Shown in pieces: positions 37,901 through 54,985 of a stretch of DNA of 64,000 nucleotides. This stretch comes from the human T2T-CHM13v2.0 reference genome, Homo sapiens: assembly GCF_009914755.1 (NCBI RefSeq), contig NC_060942.1. One strand, given 5' to 3'. A program made the position numbers and the translations under genes. Under the pieces are notes generated by a model. That model searched no databases and had not been told where the DNA came from. It worked only from the letters and a program-made list of their open reading frames with translations. How positions within the stretch are numbered: the first letter of the stretch is position 1; each line of letters opens with the position of its first letter.

Positions 37901-38674
37901 TGTGTTACCGGCGCTCGGCCGCCGGGGGAAGACCCAGGCCAATGCCGCCCCCCACCGCCCCCAGCAGTGAGACCTCAGCGCTGCCCTGCTGTGAAGACAG
38001 GTGACTCTGCACGTTTTAAGCAATGTCTAGGGACGCCCCGAGCGTGGTGTTTACTTTCAAGTAGCTTCCTAGGTGTCCGCGCACTACACACGCACGCGCA
38101 TCCCCGCCCGTGTCCACCTGAACACCTAGTCCGTGGCCCAGGCCATGCAGAACTCAGCGCTCCAGGGAAGGGGTTTATCAAGGGCTTTACGACAGTTTAA
38201 GTCAATGTTTTCCCTCTGTCCCTAACACCTTTTACACTGGTTTAGTGCTACACGATGAGGACTTCCATATAGTAACTTTCAGGCCCACCGTCCTAACGCT
38301 GGGGTGGGTGGGCTCCTAAAGGTCTCCACCTTTGCCTCGTAGCCAATCCTAGTTGGCCGCACTTTCTCAAATGAGGTACATAGATACACACATACACATT
38401 CACACTCGCAGACGTGTGTACGCGCAAGCAGACAGTTTTAAATTAATCAGCATGAATAGCCCCTAGCAAAAAAGGACAAGAGGACAAACAAGTTGCACGT
38501 GTGTATTTTTATCTCCAAGAGTCTTTGACAAAAAGCACCAAGAAAAGAAAAAGGTCTTCTAGAAGCACAGCGGCTTACTTAATAGGGCTCGAGTGCAAAT
38601 ATATAGGGACACTGGATTATTGGGGTCAAGAAAGATGACAAATGAGTACTACAATGTGTACAAATATGCTATGA

Positions 38675-38973
38675 CTTTTTTTTTTTTTTTGAGACAGAGT
38701 CTTGCTCTGTTGTATCTTGGAGGCTGGTGTGCAGTGGTGCGATCTCAGCTCACTGCAACCTCTGCCTCCCAGGCTCAAGCAATTCTGCCTCAGCCTCCTG
38801 AGTAGCTGGGATTACACGTGCACGCCACTACGCTCTGCTAATTTTTGTATTTTTAGTAGAGACGGGGTTTCGCCATACTGGCCAGGCTGGTCTCGAACTC
38901 CTGACCTCGTTATCCGCCTGCCTCAGCCTCCCAAAGTGCTGGGATTACAGACATGAGCCACTGTGCCCTGCCT
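38675..38973 (-). mobile_element. Alu (AluS-like)
   Basis: Reverse Alu consensus. Confidence 0.95.
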
Positions 38974-39077
38974 GACATCTTTATTTTGTCTCATTCCTAC
39001 TCTAAAATCAAAACATTCTTTAAAAAGCCAGAAAAGCACACCAAATTATGATTTTTTTAATTTTTACTTAGTTGGCC

Positions 39078-39200
39078 TTTTTTTTTTTTTTTTAAGAGAT
39101 GGCTTTTGCTATGTTGCCCAGGCTGGACTCGAACTTCTGGGCTCGAAGGATTCTCCCACCTCAGCCTCATGAATAGCTGGGACTATACGCACTGCCATCT
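39078..39200 (-). mobile_element. Alu monomer (FLAM-like)
   Basis: Single-arm Alu with poly-T. Confidence 0.8.
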
Positions 39201-40264
39201 CTCTTGGGTGTTTTTATTTTATTTCTTCATTTATTGTATCCCATCAGCCCAACAAGCCAACTTCTCTCACATAGGAATGGGGGCCTGGGTACAAATTTCT
39301 TATCCAGGCAAGAGGGGATGAAAGGAGATCCTCCTTCTTGCCCTTCTGATGGTTGGGACAGAGTCCCTTTTATGCGCGTGGGAGGTGTTTTGGTCTGGAT
39401 AGACACTGGGTATAGATTGACCTAGAATAAATGTTCTCACATAAATTCATACCAATTGCACAACAGTATGGTTTAGAAATCTTGAAAGCGTATTTTAAAG
39501 CCCCAAAATTACCTAAGAGGAATTGAAAGGCTTCAAGCTCCTAATACTCAGCATATGAGTGAGGAAATGATAGGACAAACCTGCAAAAGAAACTGTACTT
39601 CTGCAAAGGGGGCAGCCAGAAGGAAACGGATCCCCTACTTCCAGAGAAAGAAAAGCTGACTGATTTTCGTCTTCCTTTGCTCCCACAGAGCCTCACTCTA
39701 TGGATTTTCCCAGACTGATTCCTTATGTGGCATCTTGGCTATAATCAGTCTTGAGACAGGTCTGTATTGCAGTCTTTGGCTAGGGGTTATATTTTCCCTG
39801 GGAATGTTCTAGATACTCTTTCAAATGAAAGAGTGAAACCATTCCTGCGTTCAGATTCCATGTTTATTAGATTCCATTTTAAAGCATAAGGGCAAGTATT
39901 CCCAGGAAGTATGTGACATTGACTACTCGTCTTTGGGCAATGCTGAGGTGGGGGAGGGAACACCAGCCTGAGGCAGGAGTAACTGGATTTGAATCCTAGA
40001 TCTATGCCTGAGACCTTCCAACAACCTTACAAACATATGCACAGTGGACTTTTCACTTTCCAAGATGTTTTCTACTTGTAAGAGCCAATGGATGACCCTT
40101 TTGGCAGCTTTACCTGGTTGGATTCTACAAGTAGCGTGGCACCAGGAAGAGAAAAAAAACAAGATGCAGGGAATGGAGATTGTATCAAGAGTCTGAATGG
40201 CCTGTGTTTTCTTTCCGTCTTCATTCCCCAGGCCACCAAACAAAAAGCTTTTGATTGCCAGTTT

Positions 40265-40278
40265 TCGCCACCTGCTGG
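40265..40278 (-). promoter_or_regulatory. Candidate CTCF site
   Basis: CCAGCAGGTGGCGA, 13/14 match to CCASYAGRKGGCRS. Confidence 0.6.
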
Positions 40279-40397
40279 TTGTTTCACAGCGTTACTCTCT
40301 TCATCCATCCAAGAAAGTTCTTTCATCCATCATCAATATAAATGTTCTCCAAGTTTATGAAATTCAAAAGGTACATTATTCTAACATGAACATACTA

Positions 40398-40733
<336 letters not shown>

Positions 40734-40947
40734 TCATGTGTGTGTATCAAATCTTCCCAGCTAGTAAACTTTTTATTGAAAATGTGGGTAGAATGAGACT
40801 ATTAACTGAGGATATTGATAACTAATAGGTCAGATGGAAGAGTAAACCATGGCCCCAACCTGAAATGGAAATTAATCCATAAATAAAATGAGCTGACTAG
40901 AGAGAATAAAAACAAGTAGTCCATATAGTTTGCATAAAAGAAAAATG

Positions 40948-41596
<649 letters not shown>

Positions 41597-42364
41597 TTCT
41601 CATAGGCTTAGATTAGCAATCCAAAATGCCAGTTTCCAATTTCAAGAATCTTATACATTATAAATTTGTGTGGTAGGTAGTGCCATGCTCTTTCAAATGG
41701 TTTGCATACATTGCCAGCAAGCATTATATAAGTCCCAGTCATGCTTTTTTTTTTTCCCAATCACTTTTGCTTCAGAGCCTGTCTTCTGCCTTAAGTGATC
41801 ACATCCAAGTCATCCACTCTGTGCCTGAAAGTCATTCTTGTCATAACCAGGAAACTCTCTTGGTTTCTAAGTTAAGCCTTGGTTTAACTTAGAAATCCAC
41901 CTAACTTAACTCACCTAACTTAAGTGGAACCTAAACCTAAAAACAAGACAAAAAAAAATCGGAATAATTAAGCAATAATATTTGAAGCTAGGCAATGAGC
42001 TACAAATAAATCATTCTGCTGTACAAGTTTAATAGTGGGCAAATAATATTTACTTTTGGTTTACAATGGAAAGCATAGCAAATTAACTTGTGATTTTTTT
42101 TTCCATTTCTAATCAATAACTTGGTGTTTAAAGTGAAATAAGCTAAGGGTAGGAACTTGTCCATTTTTCAGATGCCTACTGCTCTCGTTGGACTGAAACT
42201 GCAGTGATAGAACCAAACAAGGTATAATACCATAGTACCGGGAGGGCTGGGTGAATAATTTACATTCTTACGTGTAATAACTAACTTTTATTCTCTTATG
42301 CTATTTAGCACACAGCACGTCTCCAAGGTATTAATTGATAGTGAACACAATTCTAAACTTTAAG

Positions 42365-42800
42365 GTTAATATGTTTCCTAGAACTGCCATGACAAAATAC
42401 CACAAATTAGGTAGCGTAAAACAACAGAAATTTATTCTCTCACAGCTCTGTGGGCTGGAAGTCAAAAAGCAAGGCGAAAGCAGGCCCACGCTTTCTCTGA
42501 AGCTCGGGTACAGTCTGTTCTTGCCTCTCCCTAGCTTCTGGTGGTGGCCGGCAATCCTTAATGTTCCTTGCCTTGCAGCCTAATCACTCCAGTCTCTGCT
42601 TCCGCCATGACCTGTGGGGTTCTGTTTTCTCCCATTCTTCTGAGGTCACCAGTCATAATACTGGATTCAGGCCCATCACAGTCACCTCATCTTAACTTGA
42701 TCGCATCTGTACAGACCTTATTTCCAAATAAGGTCATATTCACAGGTGCTGGGGACTGAATTTAAATATGTTTTGGGGTGACACAATTCAATCCATCACA
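42365..42800 (-). mobile_element. MLT1 (ERVL-MaLR) solo LTR
   Basis: ACAAAATACCACAAA...AAACAACAGAAATTTATTCTCTCACAG...TTTCCAAATAAGGTCATATTC...ACACAATTCAATCCATCACA. Confidence 0.85.
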
Positions 42801-43269
42801 ATATGTATCTAATATGACATTTTTAAAACTAATGAGGATCATTGACCCCAAGGCCTAAAGACTCAGCAATATTAGAACTGAGTTTCAAGGGCTACCGTGA
42901 CCTCTCTAAAGCTAAAATCTGGCTATTTCATATTTCCACTCAAAGTTCTTGAAAACCTAAAAATCTTAACTCTTCACATGGCATGATCTGGCCCAATCCT
43001 TTGCCACCCCCCTCCCTACCCCTCATCTCTTCCTTTTCCCTTCTTGCAACTATATCCACTTTTTGTGGTTTCTGGAATATGCCAAGGTCTCTCACGTCTT
43101 TCGCTTTTGCACATCTGCCGGTCTCCCTGAATGGTACCCAGCTTTTTCACCTGACAAATTCATTTCTTTAGTTTTGGCTGAAGAATTTCTTCCTCTGTAA
43201 AGCCATCCCTGCTGTTTCTGGGCCGTCTTAACATTCCTTCTGTGCTGCTAGAAGACATTTAGTACGGGG

Positions 43270-43470
43270 CTAGATGCCTAAAAATCAGAATCAAGATTCT
43301 CATCCTGGCTTCACCATTGAGTAGCTGTGACCTTGAGCCAAGTATTTAAGCTTTCAGTGCCTGTTCCCTCATTTATAACATGGAAATATAAGTAGTACTA
43401 TTCTTGGGGTTAGCTTGTGATTTCATTGAGTTAATACATGTAAAGCACTCACAAGTGACTGGTACCTGTT
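43270..43470 (+). mobile_element. MIR SINE
   Basis: AGCTGTGACCTTGAGCCAAGTATTTAAGCTTTCAGTGCCTG core. Confidence 0.7.
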
Positions 43471-43918
43471 TTCAGTGTTGGTTATGGTATCTTAATCACC
43501 GCTATTCTCAGATCAGTGTAATCTCTGGCATATATCCTTCTCACTAGATTATAAACTATTCGAGGGCAGGGATCCTATTTTTCCTTGGAGTCTTTCCAGC
43601 TTAGAACAGTGCTTAGCATACAAAGATTTGAAGCCTAAAATTCAGAGGCTCCAAGCCAAAGAAGAAAATGGGGAATGGTTCCTCTTTGTCTAAGAGACTT
43701 GTAAGGATATAGCAGAGCCATCTGAGGGATGAAGGATGGGAGAAGGTGAAGAAACAAGAAAAGTAATTGCCATGAGGAAGGAACAAGTTGTTGATATATA
43801 ATTGTATCCCCAGCACCTGATACCAAGCTCATCATTAGTACCCAACAAATATATGATGGATGAGGCAAAATGGAGGTTATAAAATCAGGAGTGTAACAGA
43901 AATCAAAACATAATTTGG

Positions 43919-44233
<315 letters not shown>

Positions 44234-44803
44234 TTAAATATCCAAACAAAAATTACAGATATAATATCACATGCCATTTATGTATATAAATTGCTCACAT
44301 GTAAAGAAAGATTAAGCTTGCAAACCACGATGTCCAAGAAATCTCTTCTCAATGTTCCAAAACCTTTCTGTTTACGAACTGATAAATATCGAGGCATGTT
44401 CTTTTCCATATCAGTCTTGTATAATTTGCTGCCCATCAGGATCTGGGAGATATTACATGGTTGGAATATCAGGTTTTCGTTTAAAGTATGAGAAATATAT
44501 TTGTATAGAAAACGTACTTGTTTAAGAAATTTTGCTAAATTCACATTTCTTAAACTTTTACTCGTATATCCCACATCATAGTGATACGAACAGAACCTAC
44601 TTGACACAAGAGCTCAGAATACCAAGTATTTACTCCACAAATATTACTTCCTAAAAAATGATAAAAATCAGGCCTGGTGAAATGCTTAGGATGCAAAGTC
44701 AGGATAACATTATAGAAAACATTTATGTTTTGCCCAAATGGTCTCTTAAAAAACACAAACTTCTAGATAAATAAGTTTGCAAATCTGTAAGTCTTGTTCC
44801 CCA

Positions 44804-44809
44804 TTTATT
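44804..44809 (-). terminator. KDSR: KDSR distal polyadenylation signal
   Basis: AATAAA on the minus strand, with T-rich sequence downstream. Confidence 0.7.
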
Positions 44810-45393
44810 TTTTTGTTGTGATTCAGAAATACAAGGTATGAAAATTAGATTACAATTCTGCCACAAAAGCTTCTAAAGTAGCAAACACAACTTTGTGTAT
44901 CAAAATAGCCATGTGCGCTTTTATCAGTTAAAAAGTCTTTAGAGTTATCACATCAAGCAAGTGTAAAATATAATAGCTACTATCTCCCCTTCAAAATTGC
45001 AAATCCACAGTTACTGCACTGAAGTATAATCCGAAGAGCAAGATTTAGTCCAGAATATGGAAGGTTCTGGTTGGCAGGTACTTTTTAAAGCTGACTTACT
45101 AAGAACTAAAAGAAATGAGAAATATACAAAGCATCTTATGTCAAAGAGTATGAATATTTAAAAGTGGCCTCAAGTGAGTAATACATGTTTAAATTAGAAC
45201 CTGATGTAATTAAATGTTTATGTAATTTAGCAAAAATATATATATAATTGCTTTCTTCTAGAAAGATAAAGACATAAAATTCTTTGAACCAAAGCAATAT
45301 TACCAAATGTTTTCATCACCTAAATACTAGAAACAATCTCTCAAAATTTCACTTGCAATGATCAATAATATATGGTTTAACAGATCCAGATAA

Positions 45394-45708
<315 letters not shown>

Positions 45709-46245
45709 CAGAGAAAGATTTATAACTAAATATATAGAAAAGAATAATTCCCATGATTTTGTTTTTGTAAAAAGAAGTAAGGATTGTTTTCTATATATTT
45801 TTCAATTATGAAGTCCTTGAACATATTTGGGGATTTTTATGGCTCAATGTTAATTTTTTAATATACTTGCAAATACATTATAATAAAATAATACAACCAA
45901 ATCAAAAAGCAGCCACTTAAAAACTGAAATTCACAAAATGAGCTGTTCTTGGCTACATACAGAAGGCCAACATTTAAACTGAATGATAATTAAACGTTTA
46001 CTACCATAGGTAATATTTACGCACTTCTGGGTCCAATAGAAGGTGTTGAATCAATGTGATCCTTTAAAAACAAAGTCATTAGTTTCCGTAACAATCACAC
46101 TCAGGGTTGGTTCTTTTTTTCTTCCCCCAGCAGAAAAACAAGTTGTTCAAGCATTGAACCAAAAAATATAAAAAACAGAATTTGCCTTGTAATATTTTCA
46201 TGTTTTGGATGAAGTCAGCCCATTATGTGAGGCTGCTTAAATGCC

Positions 46246-46556
46246 TACAACCCCTTATCCAAAACCCGCTGGGCTGGATGTGTTTCAGAATTCATAATCT
46301 TTGGGGTTTTAAAAAGGCAATATGGGCATATTTTGAATATTACAAAACACCTCCACAGCATCTAAGGGAAAACCTATAATCAAATCCATGGATATTTCTT
46401 CAGGGAAAATTAAGTCACAATGAAGTAGCATAAATATAAAGTACAATACTCTCACATCAGTTCAAGTCAGATTTTGCTGCCAAATGAATTACGGTATCAA
46501 ATTTAGAAAAACACAAACCAACTTAGATTTCGAAGTTTCTTTGCTAAGGGACTGTA
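46246..46556. mobile_element. MER46C-like (Tigger-family) element in the KDSR 3'UTR
   Basis: CCCCTTATCC...GATGTGTTTCAGAATTC...TCAGTTCAAGTCAGATTTTGCTGCCAAATGA...TAAGGGACTGTA. Confidence 0.65.
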
Positions 46557-48308
46557 GCCCTTTAACATCTCTGACAAGGAAATTTCTTCTCTGACATGAT
46601 GGTCTCTGCAAATCTGCTCTCATATTTCAGTGGAAATTGGGATAGGGACAATTGTCTTCTACCGCAAAACAGGGGCTCTCAACAGGTGCTCTTAAATTTA
46701 TTCGGGTAGTAGATTACCATCTCACTGGAGGCAACAGGTTCTATGAGGATAATTTGAAAAAATATATTGAAATAACTATTTAATGTTATTAAATCAGACA
46801 CTTTCTTGGACTAGATTCTAATATAGATCAGCAGTAGAAGGTGCCAACATTCGAGGAACATTTATGAGAAAAGAATAAAACTGAGAAACATCCAGACATT
46901 AATGCAATTGTTTTCTGCAAATTATAAAAAGCTATGATTCCATTTTAGCAGCTGCACAACGCAACTCGATATAATCTGCAAACTTTGGCTCTGTAAGACT
47001 GAAAGATTTATGAAACCATTCTGGCATCAACCCATCCTTACAAGCTGCAATGAAATCATTCCAAGCAATTTATATATTAAATAATAATTTCTTCTGTATC
47101 TATCAGTGTTTAAAATATGCTATTCTCAGATCTTAATAAAAACATGGGTTAAAGCCATAAAACATCTTATTTTTTAAAAAGTTAAGTCATTTAAAGTCAA
47201 GAGCTTCAAAAACTCAAGAGCAAAAAAAAGGTATGCTATAATTTTTAGGTCTTCAATTTTTGTATAGAGTTTTTATGTTTTTTAAGTTTTATTTTACAAT
47301 TTAAGAAAGTTTCCTCTTCAAAAACAGAGGTCTTTTCTCACCGAAGTGATCTGGAATGTGCTACCGTATATGCAAGGAAGACAGGTTACAAGATCAAGGT
47401 GAAGGCAGCTCTCCTCAAGTCAGAGGAGTGTGAACAATGAGCAGGATGCAACGGGGAATGTTGGCTAAAACTCATCAGAGGCACTTGCTGTCAAAATCCA
47501 CTAATGAACACAGATCCTATAACCTGGAAACAACATTCAGGGGCCAAGAGGGTTTCCAGGGCTACAGAGTTAGATGAGTGGGCTTCCTTAGCACGTGGTA
47601 TAAAAATAATGTCTGCAGGTTCAGTGGGAGAGTCACATAAAGAACAGGTGATCATTTTATTTCAAAAGCAACTCTCTTCAAAATCAGCCTTGTCTTTTTT
47701 TCTTAATGAGCAAACTTTATACCATCATCAGCCTTTCCTAAAAGCTACATATATGCTCCGAGAAAAAGTCACACTTTTTAATTTTTTCATTTGCTTTAAT
47801 TAATTCATGAGTTAAGTTAAAAAGTCAAGTCGAAAATTTTAGCTGGTCTTTTTTTTCCTTTTTTTTTTTTTTTACAAAAATATTACAGCAGTATAAGCAA
47901 AATTGGAAAGGAAGAGATGGGAAAAACAAGTAGATGCTAAAATGGGATAGGTGAACTTCAGGTCATCATGGTTATTGAAGGAACTGTAAATTCTTAAGCT
48001 TCTAGATTTTACCGCTCTTCAGAAAACATTTAAGGAGGCTGCCTTTCCCCATGAATGAGAAATGAAACGTTCCCTAAGCATTTGAGTCTAAAGACAAGAA
48101 AGCATTGCTTTTCCTACTGGAAAATATCTCTTTACTTCCCATTGCACTGCCCTCTCCCGTCCCCCTCGTAGCTTTATGGGATCAAAGAGAGAGAGAAGCC
48201 ATGAGTTTCCACCAGCGGCAGAGTGAGTCCTGAGCACAACACAGGGCTGTCAGTGACATTCAGACTCACTGGCAATGGGTCCAACTCATCTTGAATAAAA
48301 TACACAAA

Positions 48309-48309
48309 G

Positions 48310-48352
<43 letters not shown>

Positions 48353-48388
48353 CAGAGAGACAGAGAGACAGAGAGAGAGAGAGAGAGA
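48309..48388. repeat. (AG)n/(GACAGA)n compound microsatellite in the KDSR 3'UTR
   Basis: Read directly. Confidence 0.95.
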
Positions 48389-48824
48389 ACCCGAGAAACC
48401 GAAAATTGTTTTTTTATGGAAGGTTTAAACAAAGTCCTCAAGATTTCTTTATGTGCCAGAAAGTACATTTCTGGACTTAATCTCTAGGGGGGCAAAAAAG
48501 AATAAATAGAAACAAATTTAATGATCATTCTGGAATCCTGTTCTTTACTTTGTTCACACGCTATTAATTCTCATACCTTCACCTCTCTACCACAAAGCCT
48601 AGAAAATCAAATGGTCTCCTATTCCATATTTGCATAGTATTAATAATACTGTCAGGAGGTGAACTTCTAGCCCCTTGCTTGCAGCCACATTCCTGAAGAG
48701 CACTGGTCCAATCTGACGTATTCGAAAACAATACATAAGTGTCTATAGGCCAAAAATTGGGTCCCATTTAGCAGCAAGCTGTTCAAATTATTTGGAAACA
48801 GTCTTCTTCCAAGGGGTAAGAAGA

Positions 48825-48944
48825 TTAGGCAGTTTTGTCTGCATTTTCAGATTTTTCTCTCTGCATCATGCAGCGACGAACTATGCTGTCAAAACTTCCA
48901 AGGTAAAACAAAGCAATAGTGCGGAAAAGGCCCATGGTGACCAC
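48825..48944 (-). CDS. KDSR: KDSR (3-ketodihydrosphingosine reductase, FVT1) last coding exon (exon 10): [39 protein letters not shown]
   Basis: Acceptor TTGCAG|GTG at 48945; 120 nt to TAA at 48827-48825; recognised C-terminus. Confidence 0.96.
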
Positions 48945-49444
48945 CTGCAAGATAAAGAGAGAGCTTTTAGTGCATCCAACGGTACAAGACTATTTCAAGG
49001 TACCTAGGTCTCTAACAAACAGTTTCTAAGACAAATCTTCTAGTCTGCTCTAAGGATGAATATAATGAAAACTCTGTAAATGTCAGTAAGCTGTGAGAAC
49101 AGAATGTGTGTGCTCTGCACCGCTGGACAGCCCAGATACATAACAAAATATTTGTCCAATTAATAAATTCAAACCATAAGCAGAATAAAATATATATTGC
49201 TTGCAGTCTTAGGGTTATAATAGCTTTAAAAAGACCCACTGCAGCATCTCAAATAGCCAAACTACAATCAAGGCTTTTTTGGTTTGCAATTTATGTTCTG
49301 AGCATGAAAGCGAGACCCTATACTAGGTGCTGTGAACACTGTGGTGAGAGACACAGTCCCTGCCCTCAATGAGCTTATTCTCAGGCTGGAAAGACAAGTA
49401 AAATTGAAACTACTGCCTCAGGGTTGAGACCCGTGATTACTGAT

Positions 49445-49572
49445 ATCCTGTTGCTCAGGATGGAGTGCAGTGGCATGAACGCGGCTCACTATAGCTTTGA
49501 CCTCCCAAACTCAAAGGATTCTCCTGCCTCATCCTCCCAAGCAGCTGGGACCATAGGCATGAGTCCCCGTGC
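49445..49572 (-). mobile_element. Partial Alu arm
   Basis: GGAGTGCAGTGGC...GCTGGGACCATAGGC. Confidence 0.75.
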
Positions 49573-49576
49573 ATAA

Positions 49577-49925
<349 letters not shown>

Positions 49926-50145
49926 CTACACCCTCAGAGCACTGAAGCCAGTCCTTGGATCTTCCGGAAAAAACAATATTTAAGGTGAGACCTGAAGGAT
50001 TAGAAGTTGGCAGGACACAGAGAAGATTCCAAAAAGAAGAAGATGGGTAAAGAAAGAAAGAAAAAAAAGAGCCTGGAAAGGTACGTGGGGTAGGAGATCA
50101 GGTGGTTTATGGCATGCGATGGAAATTTTTTTAATTTTTAAATCC

Positions 50146-50440
<295 letters not shown>

Positions 50441-51394
50441 TAAAGCTTTATCCTGATGGTATCAAGGAGTCATTGAATGTTTTCATGCAATGTATAGTTG
50501 CAGTTTAGAAACAACTGGTGTGGAAAATGTGAGGGTACACTCAAATGCATCCAGGGGGCCTGAGCAGGGGGTTGCAGACCATAGTGGTTGCAGAGACTGT
50601 GCTCCTCCCTCAGGAGCAGCTGCCACCTGTGCTTGCTGATGACTGCCAGGTAAGAATGCAGACTCTGTGCAGCTAAACCTTCTGATTTTCCAAGAAAAGT
50701 CTGAAATCTGGACCTTTTATATAAAACCTAATTTTAAAACTATTTTAAAATCTTAAACACACACACTCACACCAGATGGACCCAACAAAACTGCTTTACA
50801 GGCCCATGGGAATCGTTTACAACCTCTGGCTCAAAAAGTGTGTAACTCAAGCAGGGGGCCTGCTGCGGCAACCCAGGCCTGGGCTCCAGAAGCACTGCCA
50901 GAATTGCAGAGAATGGAAGAATTTGAAGAACTGAGTGACAAGGATGACAATGATCTCTGACGTGAGGGACAGAAGCAGGGGAGTCCAGGACAACACGCCA
51001 GGTGTGAGCCACCATGCCAGCCCAAAAATTAAAACATAAAAGAATTCATGCATTTGTTCAGCTCAGGGATTCTGGAGTTCCTACTAAGTGCCAGGCGCTG
51101 GCTGTTAGGGGTACAACGGCAAACAAGAGGTGTGGGCCTGGTCCTCAAAGAGCTTACATCTAACACAGTGTCAACCTCTAAGAGAATGGCAAAGACAGTA
51201 GGTACATTACAGAATGAAAAGAAAAGAGGGCTTGGGAAAGACCCTGAAGAAAACCAACAACTAAGTCATTTATATAAGTCTGAATGTGGTTGACTGCACA
51301 GAATTTAGTACTTGTTAACAACTATCCCATGGCTTTGTCTTTCCAGAGCATTCCCTCTATTGTAACCCCTACTTCATTACACTGCACTACTATC

Positions 51395-51690
<296 letters not shown>

Positions 51691-52300
51691 ACTACTATCA
51701 CCTTTTTGGTCAGTGCATTCCACTTGACTGTAAGCCCCTGAAGCTGGAGAGGTCGCCTTCCATCTGATTCCCCATGAGCAAGTACAGTGCCTAGCACACC
51801 AATGAAACACTGTGTATCTTGGACAAAATAATACATTCTATAAGCGAAGCAACTGTTTAATCCATGATTCGTGTCTCACTAAATTTAGCTGTGTGTGACC
51901 TGATTCACCTAGAAAAGGTTTTCTAGTCTAATATCCCAGTACTTTTTAAGCAAGGCTACCCCTTACTCTAGAGGAGTATTCCATTTTCAAAACACATTGG
52001 AGCAGTGGTTCTTAGGTGAAAATCCAGGTTAACACCTCAACAGCAGATACGGTGTTTTATTTCTCTATCTGCAAGGCCCGGCACTGAAGACTTCTTGCCA
52101 TTCTAAATTCCTGAAGTTATATCTTTAACCTATTTACTCATTCCTGGTGGAGGAAGAGGAAAAGTTGATAGCTCCATAAAAATACATTGTCAAATAAAGT
52201 TACTTAGTTTTCCCTTAACCTCTTCTCATCAAGGTTTGATGAAAGGCAGTTTTTCTCTTGTCCATCGGCCTGTCTGATTGCTAGCCTAGGCAGAGCTTAC

Positions 52301-52402
52301 CTGCTGGAGCCCCTCAGTAATAGAAGTTACTGGAGCCATCCCACAGGTCAGGGCCGAGAGCATGTACCCATCTGAGCCAAGGGAACTGTTGAAATTTCCT
52401 TG
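52301..52402 (-). CDS. KDSR: KDSR exon 9 (102 nt): [34 protein letters not shown]
   Basis: TTTTAG|CAA acceptor and CAG|GTAAGC donor; open phase-0 frame joining exon 10. Confidence 0.96.
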
Positions 52403-53041
52403 CTAAAAGAGAAGAAAAAGAAGAGAAAGAGGGAATCCTAGTAATGTGGACAGAAATCAGTCGGACACATCAGAAACAGTGGAGTGTGCTCGTTCACTTT
52501 AAGTGAGATAAAATGGTCACAAAGCATTGATCAGCACTCAGAAATGGACGCACGGCCTTGGCAGATGGCAGTTCTCAACAAGTGAGTCCACGGACCCCTG
52601 CGGGCCCCCAAGGACAAATGATTGTCCTAATAACACTAAGACATTCATTGTCTTTTCCACAGTGTGTTGTATGGAAAATACAGTTTTGCCTCTACAAAAC
52701 TGCAGAGACATGGGCAAGAACCACGGGGTTCTTGCCAAACTGTACTAGGAGTCATTGTCACCTCTACTACCACACGCACTCGCAGTAATAAATAATACAC
52801 AAAGAAAATACAAGTTCTAAAATTCTTTTAAAAATCAAAGTGTCAGTTTTGCTTTAAAATCCTCTTGATAAAGCAGGAAAATTCATCATTTTGTTCAATG
52901 GCAACCCTCGAGGACATGTCTTCTTAATACTCTGTGTGACAAATGAGAATGCGCCCAACGCGCTTCCGCAGCACTGCATTCCAGGGCGGGACAACTGCCT
53001 GGAACAAAAGTCCTTGTGCAGCTCCTGAAGTCAAGGGCTAA

Positions 53042-53392
<351 letters not shown>

Positions 53393-53599
53393 TGAAAGAC
53401 CATTGACAGGAAATCTATAGTAATTCAGACTTAGGTATGTGGCAGATGTGCAGAAAGCGAAGCAAGCAAGTGTGTCACTTCAGGAAAAACAACTGGCCAC
53501 GTGTCATCAATGTGAAATCTGAGCCTTCAAGAAAAAATTAAGATTTGGAAAAACTAGTATCCACCATCACGAGACTGTCAGCTGCATACTTTTATGATA

Positions 53600-54597
<998 letters not shown>

Positions 54598-54656
54598 AAC
54601 TAAATGAATACTGCCAAAATACTAAGAGCTATTTAGCATCATTAGAAACACTGAAT

Positions 54657-54985
<329 letters not shown>

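Larger units (their letters stand above)
36560..38160. other. CpG island over exon 1 and the P1 promoter
   Basis: Very high GC content and dense CG dinucleotides compared with CpG-depleted flanks. Confidence 0.92.

Noticed and set aside
36785-38200. Many overlapping Arg/Gly/Pro/Ala-rich ORFs (up to 262 aa)
   Set aside because: Artefacts of CpG-island composition and (GT)n repeats; low complexity on both strands.
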